Of a stretch of 64,000 nt of DNA, positions 30,802-41,824 are shown in pieces. Position numbers and translations under genes: made by a program. The notes beneath the pieces were generated by a model that did no database searches, was not told the origin of the DNA, and saw only the letters and a program-made list of their open reading frames with translations. Source of the stretch: Truepera sp. (lineage in GTDB: Bacteria; Deinococcota; Deinococci; Deinococcales; Trueperaceae); contig CBDCKW010000009.1 of NCBI GenBank assembly GCA_965218435.1, positions 1,664,001 to 1,728,000 of the forward strand, given 5' to 3'. Every line of letters begins with the position of its first letter. The first letter of the stretch is position 1.

Positions 30802-31684
30802 CAGACGACATCACCTTTATTCCGGCCAGCTCTGCTCGTTTACGCGCCCTGCAATCATCAGTAATCAGATAAGCGTTTACAGTTAGATAAAGCAGGTGCA
30901 GCAAATCTAGGAAATCGTTTCTACCTGGCCTATTGCCACCAATTACATTTTCGATATTCAATCTTGAAAACACAGCCACAAAAAGGTCTATAGAGTTGTT
31001 ATAACTTTGAAAAATCTCTTTATGCTTATTTTCTCTTTCGCTCTCAGAGAGCTGTACTTTATACTGACCTAAGACCCATTGAGAAAGTGCATAAATGCTT
31101 AGGCCACAATTTATTTCTATGTGGCTACCATTCAGTTGTTGCGTCAGCTTTTTAGTTGATTCGTACTCTAAAGTTACAGCTAGGGAGGGAAAGCCTTGTT
31201 CGCTATACGAAGCATGCGCATTTTTGAAATCTTCTTGCCCTTGGATTGCTTCTCTTATGAAATCCTTGCCAATTTCATCGTCGTAGGTTTCAAAATAGTC
31301 TAAAGGGTATTCTAGGGACAATGAGCTTTGTTCTTCTATAAACTCTTCCTGACTTTTTGATTGCCGTAAAAGCCTCAACAAGGTTCTCAAGGATTTAAGC
31401 CTTAACTCTTCAATATCAAAATCTCTTTTAGCGGCTTGAAATGCTTGGATCAAGATAATCTCTGGAAAAGTCCAGCGAACTGGTATTCGAGATAGCGCGA
31501 GAGTGTCAACATGCGACTTTCTATTTCTGTAACTTCTTTCGTCTTTCCTAACACCGTTAAGTAGTTCTATCAGTGTGATTACTGATGTATAACACTTGTC
31601 TCGATATGTTGGTGAATCGAGCTTACGACCAAGCTTACGAACCGTGCTCGTATCAAGATAGTGCATTTCTATAGGTTGCTTCAC
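30767..31684 (-). CDS. AT-rich PIN-like domain protein inserted between xdhB and xdhC
   Basis: YLDTS...TSVITLIELL...NDFLDLLHL...LITDD acidic pattern typical of PIN folds, with a large central insertion. Confidence 0.65.
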   Translation of the reverse strand: MKQPIEMHYLDTSTVRKLGRKLDSPTYRDKCYTSVITLIELLNGVRKDERSYRNRKSHVDTLALSRIPVRWTFPEIILIQAFQAAKRDFDIEELRLKSLRTLLRLLRQSKSQEEFIEEQSSLSLEYPLDYFETYDDEIGKDFIREAIQGQEDFKNAHASYSEQGFPSLAVTLEYESTKKLTQQLNGSHIEINCGLSIYALSQWVLGQYKVQLSESERENKHKEIFQSYNNSIDLFVAVFSRLNIENVIGGNRPGRNDFLDLLHLLYLTVNAYLITDDCRARKRAELAGIKVMSSDELAFKCHDSE

Positions 31685-34011
31685 CTTATGTGTGCTTGCG
31701 CGAAAGCAGGTACATAAACTTTTTGTACTGCTTCAATAGCCCACAGAATCGCCTCGGGCGTCGCGGGTGAGGCCAGCTCAAGGCGTTCCGGCGCTTCGGT
31801 AGCAAACGCGGCAACCGCGTCACGAAGCGCCTCGCGGACGCTTAACGCGAGCATAAAGGGCGGCTCTCCAACTGCTTTGCTGCCGTAGATTACGCCGTCT
31901 TGGGCGGCGCGGGGCAGCAGGGTCACGTTAAACGTTTCAGGTACGTCGGCAATCGTCGGAATCTTATAAACGCTCGGCGCATTGGTCACAAAGCGTCCGG
32001 CTTCGTCCCACAGGGTTTCTTCCATCGTCAGCCAGCCCAAACCCTGCACGAAGCCGCCTTCAATCTGGCCTTGGTCAACGAGTGGATTTAGAGAGGTTCC
32101 GGCGTCCTCAACGATATCTACGCGGCGGAGGCGAAACTGCCCGGTAAAGCCGTCCACCTCGACCTCGCTGACCGCTGCGCCGTAGGCGAAATAGTGAAAG
32201 GGCCGCCCCGTGCCGGTGTGCGGGTCGAAGTGCAGGTCCGGGGTGCGGTAAAAACCGGTCGCAAACAGCGGAACCTGCGCCAAGTACGCCTGCCGCACCA
32301 CGTCGAGAAAGAGCAAACGTTTATCCGGTTGCACCGAAGAGAAGACCTCGCCGTCCTCAAAGGTGAGACCGGCAGGTAAAAGCTCGAGCAACTTCGCCGC
32401 AACCCCGGCAAGGCGTGACCGAAGCGTCTCACACGCCGCTCGCACTGCCTGCCCGTTGAGGTCACTGCCACTGCTCGCCGCCGTCGGCGACGTGTTGGGA
32501 ATCTTGTCGGTGGCGGTCGGCATCGCACGAAACTGCGTGACGGGTACGCCGAGCGTTGTCGCAGCGACCTGCAGCATTTTGGTATAGAGCCCCTGCCCCA
32601 TCTCGGTGCCGCCGTGGTTGAGCTGGACGCTACCGTCTTGGTAAATCAAGACGAGCGCCCCGGCCTGGTTCATCGGGGTGTTAGTAAACGAAATCCCGAA
32701 TTTAACCGGCGTGACGGCGAGGCCGCGCTTGGTATGAGGGTGCGAGGCGTTAAAGCTGACTATCTCTTTTTTACGTGCCACGAAGTCGGAACTCTCAAGA
32801 ACCTCGTGCCAGACCCGCCCCAACCTATTGTCGGTAATTTCCTGACCGTAGTGCGTCGTCGCCGTCTCACCCGTACCCCGGTAAAAATTGCGTTCGCGCA
32901 CCTCTTCTGCCGGGAGTCCCAAATGCTGAGCGATTCGCGCCACGATTTCCTCGGCGAAGAACATCCCTTGAGGCCCGCCGAAGCCGCGAAAGGCCGTTTG
33001 TGAGACCTTGTTGGTTTTACACACCTGTCCGGTCACGTGCAAGTTGGGGACGAAATAGGCGTTGTCAGCGTGAAAGAGGGCGCGGCCCATGACCGGGAGC
33101 GAGAGGTCGGAAGAAAAACCGCCGTCGCTGTAGAGCTCAAGCTTTACGCCCTCCAATAATCCCTCGTCTGAGAAGCCAACCTCATACCGTCCCCAAAACG
33201 GGTGCCGTTTACCCGACAAGACCATGTCGTGTTCGCGCCGGAGCCTGACCCGCACGGGCCGCCCGGTTACGTGTGCGCCGAGTGCTGCGAGCGCCGCGTA
33301 AGGGGCGGCCTGCGACTCTTTGCCGCCGAAGCCGCCCCCCATCCGCAAACAGGTCACCGTAACCTGACTTGCAGGCACACCCAGCACGTTCGCCACGACA
33401 CCCTGCGTCTCACTCGGGTGCTGCGTCGAACTGGTGATATGGACGCTGCCGTCCGGGTCGGGAACCGCCCAGCTGACGTGGGTCTCTAAGTAAAAGTGGT
33501 CTTGACCGCCGACTGACAGGTCACCGGTGAGCCGATTCGCAGCACGCTTTAGAGAGGTGTCTACGTCACCTCTCGAGAGCACCTGTACAGGTTCGTGAAA
33601 ACTCTCCTGAGAAATCGCGTCCTGAATACTTAGTATAGGCGTGAGCGGTTCGTAAGTCGCGCGGACTAGCAGAGCCCCGGCCCTGGCCGCCGCATCGGTT
33701 TCGGCGAGCACCCAGGCGACGGCTTGGCTGTGAAACATGACTTCATGCTCGGGCAACAGCGGTTCGTCGCCTTTGTGAGCACTTACGTCGTTGGCACCGG
33801 ATACGTCAGCGTAGGTAAGTACATATACGACGCCGGGGACCTCTAAAGCGGGAGCCGTTTCCAAAGCTGTGATGCGGGCATGAGCGTGCAGTGCGAGCAC
33901 CGGCCACGCGCTGAGCATCCCGGCAAACCGCGCTTGGTCGTCCGTGTAGCGGGCCGTCCCCTGGACGTGCGCGGCGGCGCTCTCATGCGGCAGGGCTTTA
34001 CCGACGCTCAC
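31681..34011 (-). CDS. xdhB: Xanthine dehydrogenase molybdopterin-binding subunit
   Basis: QDHFYLE, RMGGGFGGKE, AFRGFGGPQG, HGGTEMGQG and SKAVGEPP motifs. Confidence 0.98.
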   Translation of the reverse strand: MSVGKALPHESAAAHVQGTARYTDDQARFAGMLSAWPVLALHAHARITALETAPALEVPGVVYVLTYADVSGANDVSAHKGDEPLLPEHEVMFHSQAVAWVLAETDAAARAGALLVRATYEPLTPILSIQDAISQESFHEPVQVLSRGDVDTSLKRAANRLTGDLSVGGQDHFYLETHVSWAVPDPDGSVHITSSTQHPSETQGVVANVLGVPASQVTVTCLRMGGGFGGKESQAAPYAALAALGAHVTGRPVRVRLRREHDMVLSGKRHPFWGRYEVGFSDEGLLEGVKLELYSDGGFSSDLSLPVMGRALFHADNAYFVPNLHVTGQVCKTNKVSQTAFRGFGGPQGMFFAEEIVARIAQHLGLPAEEVRERNFYRGTGETATTHYGQEITDNRLGRVWHEVLESSDFVARKKEIVSFNASHPHTKRGLAVTPVKFGISFTNTPMNQAGALVLIYQDGSVQLNHGGTEMGQGLYTKMLQVAATTLGVPVTQFRAMPTATDKIPNTSPTAASSGSDLNGQAVRAACETLRSRLAGVAAKLLELLPAGLTFEDGEVFSSVQPDKRLLFLDVVRQAYLAQVPLFATGFYRTPDLHFDPHTGTGRPFHYFAYGAAVSEVEVDGFTGQFRLRRVDIVEDAGTSLNPLVDQGQIEGGFVQGLGWLTMEETLWDEAGRFVTNAPSVYKIPTIADVPETFNVTLLPRAAQDGVIYGSKAVGEPPFMLALSVREALRDAVAAFATEAPERLELASPATPEAILWAIEAVQKVYVPAFAQAHIR

Positions 34012-35392
34012 GCGGCGACCTCAGCAGGTTCAGTGTGTTCATAAAAAAACTTTTCAAACAAGTTACCGACCAAAGCGCGGCGGTACTCGGCGCTGCCGCG
34101 CAGGTCGCTCAGAGGCGTAAACAGTGATCGGAGACGAACCGCCGCTTCGGACGCCGTGTGTTCGTTCCAGGGTTTGCCCCGTAAAAACGTTTCGACCTCA
34201 TACGCGCGTAGGGGCGTTGCCGCGACGCCGCCGTAAGCCAAACGTGCCGAGACAACGACGCCAGCCGAGAGTTTTAGGCTAAACGCCGCTGCAACCGTCG
34301 AGATATCGTCCGCACCGCGTTTGCCGACCTTGTAGACAGCTTCCAACTGCCCCGTTTTCTTGGGTACCGTAACCGAGCGGATCAGTTCGCCGGGACGCTG
34401 TACCGTCGTCCGGTAGCCCGTAAAAAACTCGCTCAAGGGAAGCGTACGCTCGCCCTCAGCCGACACAAGCGTCACCGAGGCGTTACACGCGAGCAGGACC
34501 GGCGCGAGGTCGCCGACCGGCGAGGCGGTCGCTAAGTTGCCGCCCAGCGTAGCGCGGTTACGAATCTGCCGCGCGGCAAAGCTTTGCAGCATCGTTTCCA
34601 GAAGCGGAACACGGTCCCCGAGTTGTCGTTCGAGTTCAGAAAGCGTCAGGGCACTCCCCAAGATAAGCTCAGCGTCTGTCTCTGCAAGCTGCCGGAGTTC
34701 AGGGACGTGCTCGAGCGCAAGCAGCACCGGATAGCACCGTCCGAGTTTGTTGAGTTCAACCCCGACGTCCGTTCCCCCAGCGATGAGTTTTGCTTCGGGA
34801 TAAGTAGCAAGTAGAGAAAACACCTCTTCAAGTGATGTAGGGCAAAAATAGTATTCGTCGCTAAACTATAGGATTCAGGTTGGTAAGGTGCGTCGCCGGA
34901 CGTATGGAACGAATCATCCACCGAAACGCCTGCCAAACTCCGCGCCGCTTCACGGATGGGCCGGTAACCGGTGCAGCGGCAGAGGTTACCCTCGAGCACC
35001 GTATCGCCGGTCTCCCCCGAATACCCCGCCGCAAACAAGCTCATCACAAACCCTGGCGTGCAAAACCCGCACTGCGACCCGCCCGCTTCGGCTAGCGCCT
35101 TTTGGACCGGGTGCAGCATGCCGTTTTTGGCCAAGCCCGCCGCCGTGACGACCTCTTGACCGGCGACGGCGGCCAGCGGCACGAGGCAGCTGTTAATAGC
35201 CTTGAAGGTACCTTCACCCCGAACCGCGACGGTACACGCGCCGCAGTCACCTTCGGCGCAGCCTTCTTTCACCGCGACGTGGCCCGACACACGCAGATAA
35301 TCCAAGAGCATCTTGGAGGGAGACACCGCCGCAACCTGTTCTTGACCGTCCACCCATAGCTTTAGCACTGGTTTTGTCACGGCTGTCGTCAC
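34008..35392 (-). pseudogene. xdhA: Xanthine dehydrogenase small subunit (2Fe-2S + FAD), split by a frameshift near 34865
   Basis: Fe-S half (KEGCAEGDCGAC, QCGFCTPG, GNLCRCTGY) and FAD half (IAGGTD, IRNRATLGGN) lie in different frames; one extra T at TAT AGT TTA GCG joins them via FSDEYYFCPTSLEEV. Confidence 0.85.
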
Positions 35393-35483
35393 GGCGTCCT
35401 CCTAGCTTTCATTGTGCCCCTTTACGGCCGAGTTACGCAAGGACAAGCTGCCTATCACGTTAAATGTAAGCGTCAAGTTATAC

Positions 35484-35584
35484 AGAAGCCATCTCAAATT
35501 TGGGCTGAGGCCCAAAAGGGGTTAACCGAGCTAGGCGAGGTAGACTAGGACGCTCTAAGTCTGGGAAATCTTTGAGATAGCTGC
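35484..35584. mobile_element. MITE-like element family C, copy 3
   Basis: AGAAGCCATCTCAAA...CCCAAAAGGG...ACCGAGCTAGGCGAG...TTTGAGATAG, as in 17061-17174. Confidence 0.72.
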
Positions 35585-35675
35585 ACAGTCAGACAATGGA
35601 ACTAAGTAGAAGATGCGTTTAGCCAAACCTGTTAGCCGAAACGCTTCTGGTCAAAGAGACTAACGAGCAGGGCGT

Positions 35676-36563
35676 TCACCTTTGGCTCGACACGAGGTTG
35701 GATAAGTCGTGCGCAGCTTCGGCAACGCTCCTATACCGCACCCTTTTATCAGCAGATAAACATTTTTCTAAAATACGCTCGAGTTCATTCCAAGGTTCAG
35801 CGCCTGCGCCCACAAACCCTGCATCCACAAACGTGGTGCGGTGACCTTGAGCAATGCGTTCACGCTTTTCCTCGAGGTCAAGCTTTATACCTTCTTTGCC
35901 GTAGTCTACGCTCAGCTGCCCGGTATAGAGAAAAAACACCACCGCAGCGAGCGAATACAGCTCGGCTCGCTCGTCATAGCGCACAGGTGAACAGTGTCCA
36001 GCTGAGCTACCCGCCAACTGCTGCGCACAGACTTCAGGCGCACTAAAATGCACCAGGGCTCCTCGGTAGTCGAAATCTTCGTCGGTACGGTGCGTCAGCG
36101 CAAAATCGAGAAGCTGAACGGTGTTGTCTGCCACCCTGAAATGATCGGGTTGCAGGTCGCCATGAAGATAGCCTGCAGCGTGCAACTCGGCGACTTTGGC
36201 GAACATCGCGGCAAAGAGCTCGAGGCGTTTCGGCTTCGTGTCAGGCTCCGGGCGGTCGCGCAACCCGTTGACGTAGCGGTAGACACTCTGTCCGGCTACC
36301 CAAGTGAGCAGCAGCCAGGAAAAACCTTGATCGTCGCCGCTGTCAACGTAAATCGGGGTAAAGTCGCGGAGTTTTTGCAAAACTGCGGCTTCTGGGGCCG
36401 TTGACGCGTCGGTTTTAGTTGCCACCTTGAGGCCGAACCGCCGCTCACCCACTGCCAGCTTGAGCATTTTAGCCCCGCGACGGTTGCTCACTTCCGCTTC
36501 CAGCTCGAGCGATAGGCCACTACGTTCTGAAACATGAGCAATCAGTCTTTGGTCATTGTTCAC
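35676..36563 (-). CDS. Ser/Thr protein kinase-like protein (stand-alone domain)
   Basis: GLKV lysine, HGDLQPDH catalytic loop, DFA, FSAPE, and KCL...RY C-lobe. Confidence 0.8.
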   Translation of the reverse strand: MNNDQRLIAHVSERSGLSLELEAEVSNRRGAKMLKLAVGERRFGLKVATKTDASTAPEAAVLQKLRDFTPIYVDSGDDQGFSWLLLTWVAGQSVYRYVNGLRDRPEPDTKPKRLELFAAMFAKVAELHAAGYLHGDLQPDHFRVADNTVQLLDFALTHRTDEDFDYRGALVHFSAPEVCAQQLAGSSAGHCSPVRYDERAELYSLAAVVFFLYTGQLSVDYGKEGIKLDLEEKRERIAQGHRTTFVDAGFVGAGAEPWNELERILEKCLSADKRVRYRSVAEAAHDLSNLVSSQR

Positions 36564-36670
36564 CAGTTCAAACCTCGCAGCCGATTACCGTAAGTTACGG
36601 CAGGTTAACGATGACGAAAGCTCGCAAAAGCTACTACACGAACGAAAATCCGTTCAAGTCAAACTGCCTT

Positions 36671-37906
36671 TTACTCAGCCAGTGCCGCCAGCGTCCGCGC
36701 CAGCACCTGCACCCCCTGCGCAATCTCTTGCGGACTGCTGTACTCGTCGGGGCGGTGGCTGAGCCCATCTTTAGAGGGGATAAAAATCATTCCGACCGGG
36801 CACACACGGGCCATGAACAAGGTGTCGTGATAGGCGCGGCTAACGAGCGTTTGTGACCCGAGACCTTCAGCCTCGGCAGCAGCACAAACGGCTTCGATAA
36901 TGTCAGGTGCGCAGGTTGCGGGCGGGTCGGCGTTGAGCAGCTGGACTTCGGCCTCGACGCCTCGTTGTTGAGAGGTTGTTTTGATGTTTTGCTGAATCCT
37001 CGAGACCATCCCGTCACGCCGTTCCAAATCTGTATCGCGCACGTCTACCGTTAAAAAGACCCGGCTGGGAATGCTGTTCACCGCGCTCGGGAACACGTCA
37101 AACACGCCGACTGTCGCAACCGAGTCGGGTGAGCCCGTCCCTCTAGCCGCCGCCTCGACCGCGACCGCGATCTCCGCCCCGGTGAGGAGCGCGTCGCGGC
37201 GCTCCGGCATCAGCACCCCGCCCGCGTGTCCGCCTGCGCCGGTCAGCGTGACGTGCAGCGTCGCAGGCGCGGCAACGCTACTGACCACACCGATAGGGAC
37301 ACCCGCAGCCTCGAGCCTCGGTCCCTGTTCGATATGCAGCTCGACAAATGCGTGATAGTGTCCGGCGCTGAACTTGAGTGCTTCAGGTTTCCCCGTAAAA
37401 CCCGCCTGCTGAGCCGCCCCTAAAACACTCAGCCCGTCTTCACCTTTAAGTTCGGCGAGCGCGTCCGGGCTCAAAACACCCGCCAGCGCCCGACTGCCGA
37501 AACAGCCCACGCCAAAGCGGGTCGGTTCTTCGGCGGTAAAAAGGATAAGTTCCAGACTCCGGCGCGGCCTAAAGCCTGAAGTTTTAAGCGTACGGATAGC
37601 TTCTAAACCCCCTAATACCCCAACCGTGCCGTCAAAACGCCCGGAAAACGGGATAGCGTCAATGTGAGAACCCGTCGCAACGGCAGGTAACAAAGGCTCG
37701 AGCCCTTCCCAGCGGGCGAAAAGGTTCCCGAGGGCGTCTTCACGTATAGACAGCCCGACCTCAGCAATCAGGGTTTTAAGGTACGCCCTTGCGTCCAAAT
37801 CGGTTTTTGTATAGACGACGCGGGTCACCGCCGGGGCAGGAGCGTCGGAGAAGGTGGCTAGGGTCCCTAGCTGCGCGGTCAGCCTTACGGTATCTACCTC
37901 AAGCAC
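36671..37906 (-). CDS. M20 Zn-dependent amidohydrolase, ureidoglycolate amidohydrolase-like
   Basis: GSHIDAIPFSGRFDG, EEPTRFG, ELHIEQG, SRAYHD and SHRPDEYS motifs. Confidence 0.88.
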   Translation of the reverse strand: MLEVDTVRLTAQLGTLATFSDAPAPAVTRVVYTKTDLDARAYLKTLIAEVGLSIREDALGNLFARWEGLEPLLPAVATGSHIDAIPFSGRFDGTVGVLGGLEAIRTLKTSGFRPRRSLELILFTAEEPTRFGVGCFGSRALAGVLSPDALAELKGEDGLSVLGAAQQAGFTGKPEALKFSAGHYHAFVELHIEQGPRLEAAGVPIGVVSSVAAPATLHVTLTGAGGHAGGVLMPERRDALLTGAEIAVAVEAAARGTGSPDSVATVGVFDVFPSAVNSIPSRVFLTVDVRDTDLERRDGMVSRIQQNIKTTSQQRGVEAEVQLLNADPPATCAPDIIEAVCAAAEAEGLGSQTLVSRAYHDTLFMARVCPVGMIFIPSKDGLSHRPDEYSSPQEIAQGVQVLARTLAALAE

Positions 37907-39359
37907 TAGATTTTCCTAAAGCTTTGCGTGCTTTTTCTTCTAGTCCCGCTAATATCTCATCCACAATTCTTTGGACGAATATGTCAAGTCTCATTTGAGT
38001 TGTGGCACTAAGGTTTGGCAAAAGTTCTGAGACTCTAACCTCAAACATCCCTTGGTTCTCCACATTGGTCATTCCTAAAAAGTAATCAGCGGTTTGAATA
38101 ACTATATCATCGTCTATCCCGCTATCAGCAGGAACTGATACTCCGTAAGTCTGCTGCGTTGAAACATTTTGTGGCAGCGTTTTTGTACTGATATGTATCT
38201 GTGTATAATCGTCCCCTTTACTGATGTTTCTATAGCTAGAGTGAGCAAGCTTAAAACTTCCACGCGATTTGGAAACCGTTGAGTTTAGCAGGTCTTCACT
38301 CCCTGCAAGATTCTGTTTGAAGCTTTTGCTCAGTTTCGAGACTAGTTCATTGAGTAATAAAGTTGCTGCCTTGTCTATTTCGACATGTGTATATCCGCTT
38401 TGCGTCCGGTTTAGATTTTGCAAACGCTGTAAGCTCTGCTCACTTGGTGCGGACAGCGCAGCTCTTATGCTTTCCTCGACAAGTTGAATAGGGTCCAAAG
38501 TTCTCTCTAAAACGAAGTTGATGAAACCTTGTGGTTTGCCCTGATCAGCTTCACTTAAAGCATCCAAATATTCGTCACGCTTTTCTGCAAGGATAAGCAG
38601 GGGTACAGATTGAGCTTTATAGGTAAAAACTGATGCTAACGCTCGAGCTACCCTGCCGTTCCCATCTGCAAAGGGGTGAATAAGTACGAAGCTGTAATGT
38701 GCGTAGGCCGCCTGCAACGCGGGATGGGCGTCTGCGAATGCTTCTGACCTCAACTCTTGGCACAAACGGTGCATCTCACTAGAGGTGACATCAACCGGAG
38801 CATAAGCGTGAATGTTTCCATTTCTATCTCTTACATGATTTGGAGAAGCTTTATAAGTACCCTTTCGTAACTTGATAGGTTGTGGCCCTATTTCAGTAAC
38901 CGCTATGTAGTTCTCTTGATTACGGCAGATAATCTCATGAAGGCTACGAATTGAAGCTTCGCTAATCGGCGTTTCGCCCGTGGCTAGATTAAGGATGTAT
39001 TCATAAGCCTCGAGTTGCGCTTCGATATATCCCCTAACCTGTTCGCCTTTTTCGTCAAGCTTGACCTGCCAGAAAGCTGCTTCTGTCGCTACCGTAAAGG
39101 TAAAACCACGGTCTACTTCATAAAGTCCCTCGAGCGCCCCTGTATCAACAGCCGCCGCACGCCTAACGATGTTTTGAGCTTTTTCCAGAACCTCACGCGA
39201 AGCTGTTTTTCGGCGTTGCTCGAGCTCTGTTGTATACCGCTGCCAGCGCACCGAATCAATTTTGAATGCGAGCCATTCTTCAAACGCCGGAAATGGTTTG
39301 TAGGTAGAGTCAATAGCCCTTGGATCCATAGGTACTTCTAACTCAGATGATAAATACAT
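37899..39359 (-). CDS. Fic domain protein with an extended C-terminal region
   Basis: Canonical HPFADGNGRVAR; N-terminal TGALEG inhibitory-type motif; AT-rich; TACAAT -10 six nt before the ATG. Confidence 0.92.
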   Translation of the reverse strand: MYLSSELEVPMDPRAIDSTYKPFPAFEEWLAFKIDSVRWQRYTTELEQRRKTASREVLEKAQNIVRRAAAVDTGALEGLYEVDRGFTFTVATEAAFWQVKLDEKGEQVRGYIEAQLEAYEYILNLATGETPISEASIRSLHEIICRNQENYIAVTEIGPQPIKLRKGTYKASPNHVRDRNGNIHAYAPVDVTSSEMHRLCQELRSEAFADAHPALQAAYAHYSFVLIHPFADGNGRVARALASVFTYKAQSVPLLILAEKRDEYLDALSEADQGKPQGFINFVLERTLDPIQLVEESIRAALSAPSEQSLQRLQNLNRTQSGYTHVEIDKAATLLLNELVSKLSKSFKQNLAGSEDLLNSTVSKSRGSFKLAHSSYRNISKGDDYTQIHISTKTLPQNVSTQQTYGVSVPADSGIDDDIVIQTADYFLGMTNVENQGMFEVRVSELLPNLSATTQMRLDIFVQRIVDEILAGLEEKARKALGKSSA

Positions 39360-39379
39360 AAAATTATTGTAGTTGGAAA

Positions 39380-40134
<755 letters not shown>

Positions 40135-40135
<1 letters not shown>

Positions 40136-41457
40136 CAGGTCCTTTCGGGAGTGACGAGTTTGCCGGACGGTGCGGCGACTACCTTGCCATCAGCAAAGAC
40201 AGCTTGACCACGCAAATAGGTCGCCCGGACACGGCCCTTAAGCGTTTCGCCAAAATAGGCCCCGTCTCTGTAACGCGTCAGCAAGGTGGTGTCGTCCAAG
40301 GTCATGGTGCCGCGCAGGTCAACTAAAGAGAAGTCGGCGTCGTAACCGGGCTCGAGCTTTCCCTTGGTCTTGAGGCCGAATCGCTCAGCCGGACCTTTGG
40401 CCGTCAGCCTGGCGATACGCTCCGGTGACACGCCCAAACTCAGCAGCACGCCCAACGTCGCCTGAACGCCTGAAATCCCGCCCCAAACCTCGAAAAAGTC
40501 AGGGTCGGTTTTAAGGTCGGGCGGCGCGGGCGAATGGTCTGAGGCGATCAGGTCAAGGTCCCCTAAAACGTTTAGCAGCGCCAAACGTTCGGTGTCGGCG
40601 CGAAGGGGCGGCGCACATTTGAGGGGTGCACCTTTGGCGAGCAGATCGGCTTCAGAAAAGTACAGGTAGTGCGGGCACGTCTCACAGGTAGCGCGGACGC
40701 CCCTGGCCGCGGCCTCACGGACGAGCTCCACACCCCGCGCTGTGCTGACGTGGACGATGTGCAGGTCAGCGCCGGTCTCTTCAGCAAACAGCAGGGCGCG
40801 CACGATAGCCTCGAGTTCAGCGACCACGGGTCTCGAGGCCAGATAGTCCTGGGCGCTCCGCCCCCCGGCCGCGCGAAGCTTGGCACTCAAACCTTTGGTT
40901 AAGCTTTCGCTCTCCGCGTGAACCGCGACGGGGAGTCCCAACGCGGCGGCCTGCTGCATTCCCGTAAGTAACGTCACGTCGTCCACTGCGCGAAACTCCG
41001 GGATACCGCTGTCCGCCATAAACGCTTTGAAACCCACCACGCCGCACGCGGCGAGGGCTTCCAACTCATCCAAATTGTCCGGCGTCAGGCCGCCCCAGAG
41101 AGCAAAATCAGTGAGCGACGACCGCTCCGCCGCCGCGCGTTTGGTGGCGAATTCGGCGGGTGTCAAGAGCGGCGGGTGAGCGTTTAAGGGCATCTCAAAA
41201 AAGAGCGTGCCGCCGCCCGCGGCAAGTGCCGCGCTGCCTGAGGCGAACCCTTCCCACTGCGTCCGGCCGGGTTCGTTAAAGTGAACGTGCGCGTCAACAA
41301 GACCCGGAAAGACGTGCAACCCGTCGGCGTTGACTTCGCTCCGCCCGCTGCCGACCGTCCCTAACCCGACGATGACGCCCCCTTCGACGGCGAGGTCGGT
41401 CTGCGTCACACCAGCCGCTGAGACCAACGACCCGCCACGAATGACCAGTTCAGCCAT
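40135..41457 (-). CDS. allB: Allantoinase
   Basis: DAHVHFNEPGRTQWEG, GFKAFM, VHAE, KCAPPLR, SDHSP and WGGISG motifs. Confidence 0.95.
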
Positions 41458-41807
41458 CAGCTGCCCCGGTAGGTGCTGTACCCGTAAGGGGATAAAAGGA
41501 GCGGCACGTGAATACGCGCTCCGGCGTCCGCGACGCCGAAACGCACGATGATCTCATCCAAAAAGGCAGGGTCAGGTAAGTTCTGGTAAGTACGGAGATA
41601 CGCTCCGGCAAAGAAGACGAGTTCGTATACGCCGACCCGGAAGGCGTCCCCAGTGAGCAGCGGGGCGTCGGTACGGCCGTCCCGGTTCGTCGTCAGCGTT
41701 TTTAGATGGGTGCGCCCCTCCCCGTCAAGTTGCCACAGCTCGAGCCTCAGCCCGGCAGCAGGCACCCCTCGAGCGGTATCTAAGACGTGGGTGCTTAACT
41801 GACTCAT
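41457..41807 (-). CDS. uraH: 5-hydroxyisourate hydrolase
   Basis: LSTHVLD, DGR, HVPLLLSP and C-terminal YRGS. Confidence 0.97.
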   Translation of the reverse strand: MSQLSTHVLDTARGVPAAGLRLELWQLDGEGRTHLKTLTTNRDGRTDAPLLTGDAFRVGVYELVFFAGAYLRTYQNLPDPAFLDEIIVRFGVADAGARIHVPLLLSPYGYSTYRGS

Positions 41808-41824
41808 TGGGGTTAGCCCACGTC

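Noticed and set aside
35430..35476. Shared TTGACGCTT and GTTACGC motifs upstream of xdhA and uraD as a purine regulon box
   Set aside because: Largely explained by a -35 hexamer; the second motif is short and differs in orientation; two sites are not enough.
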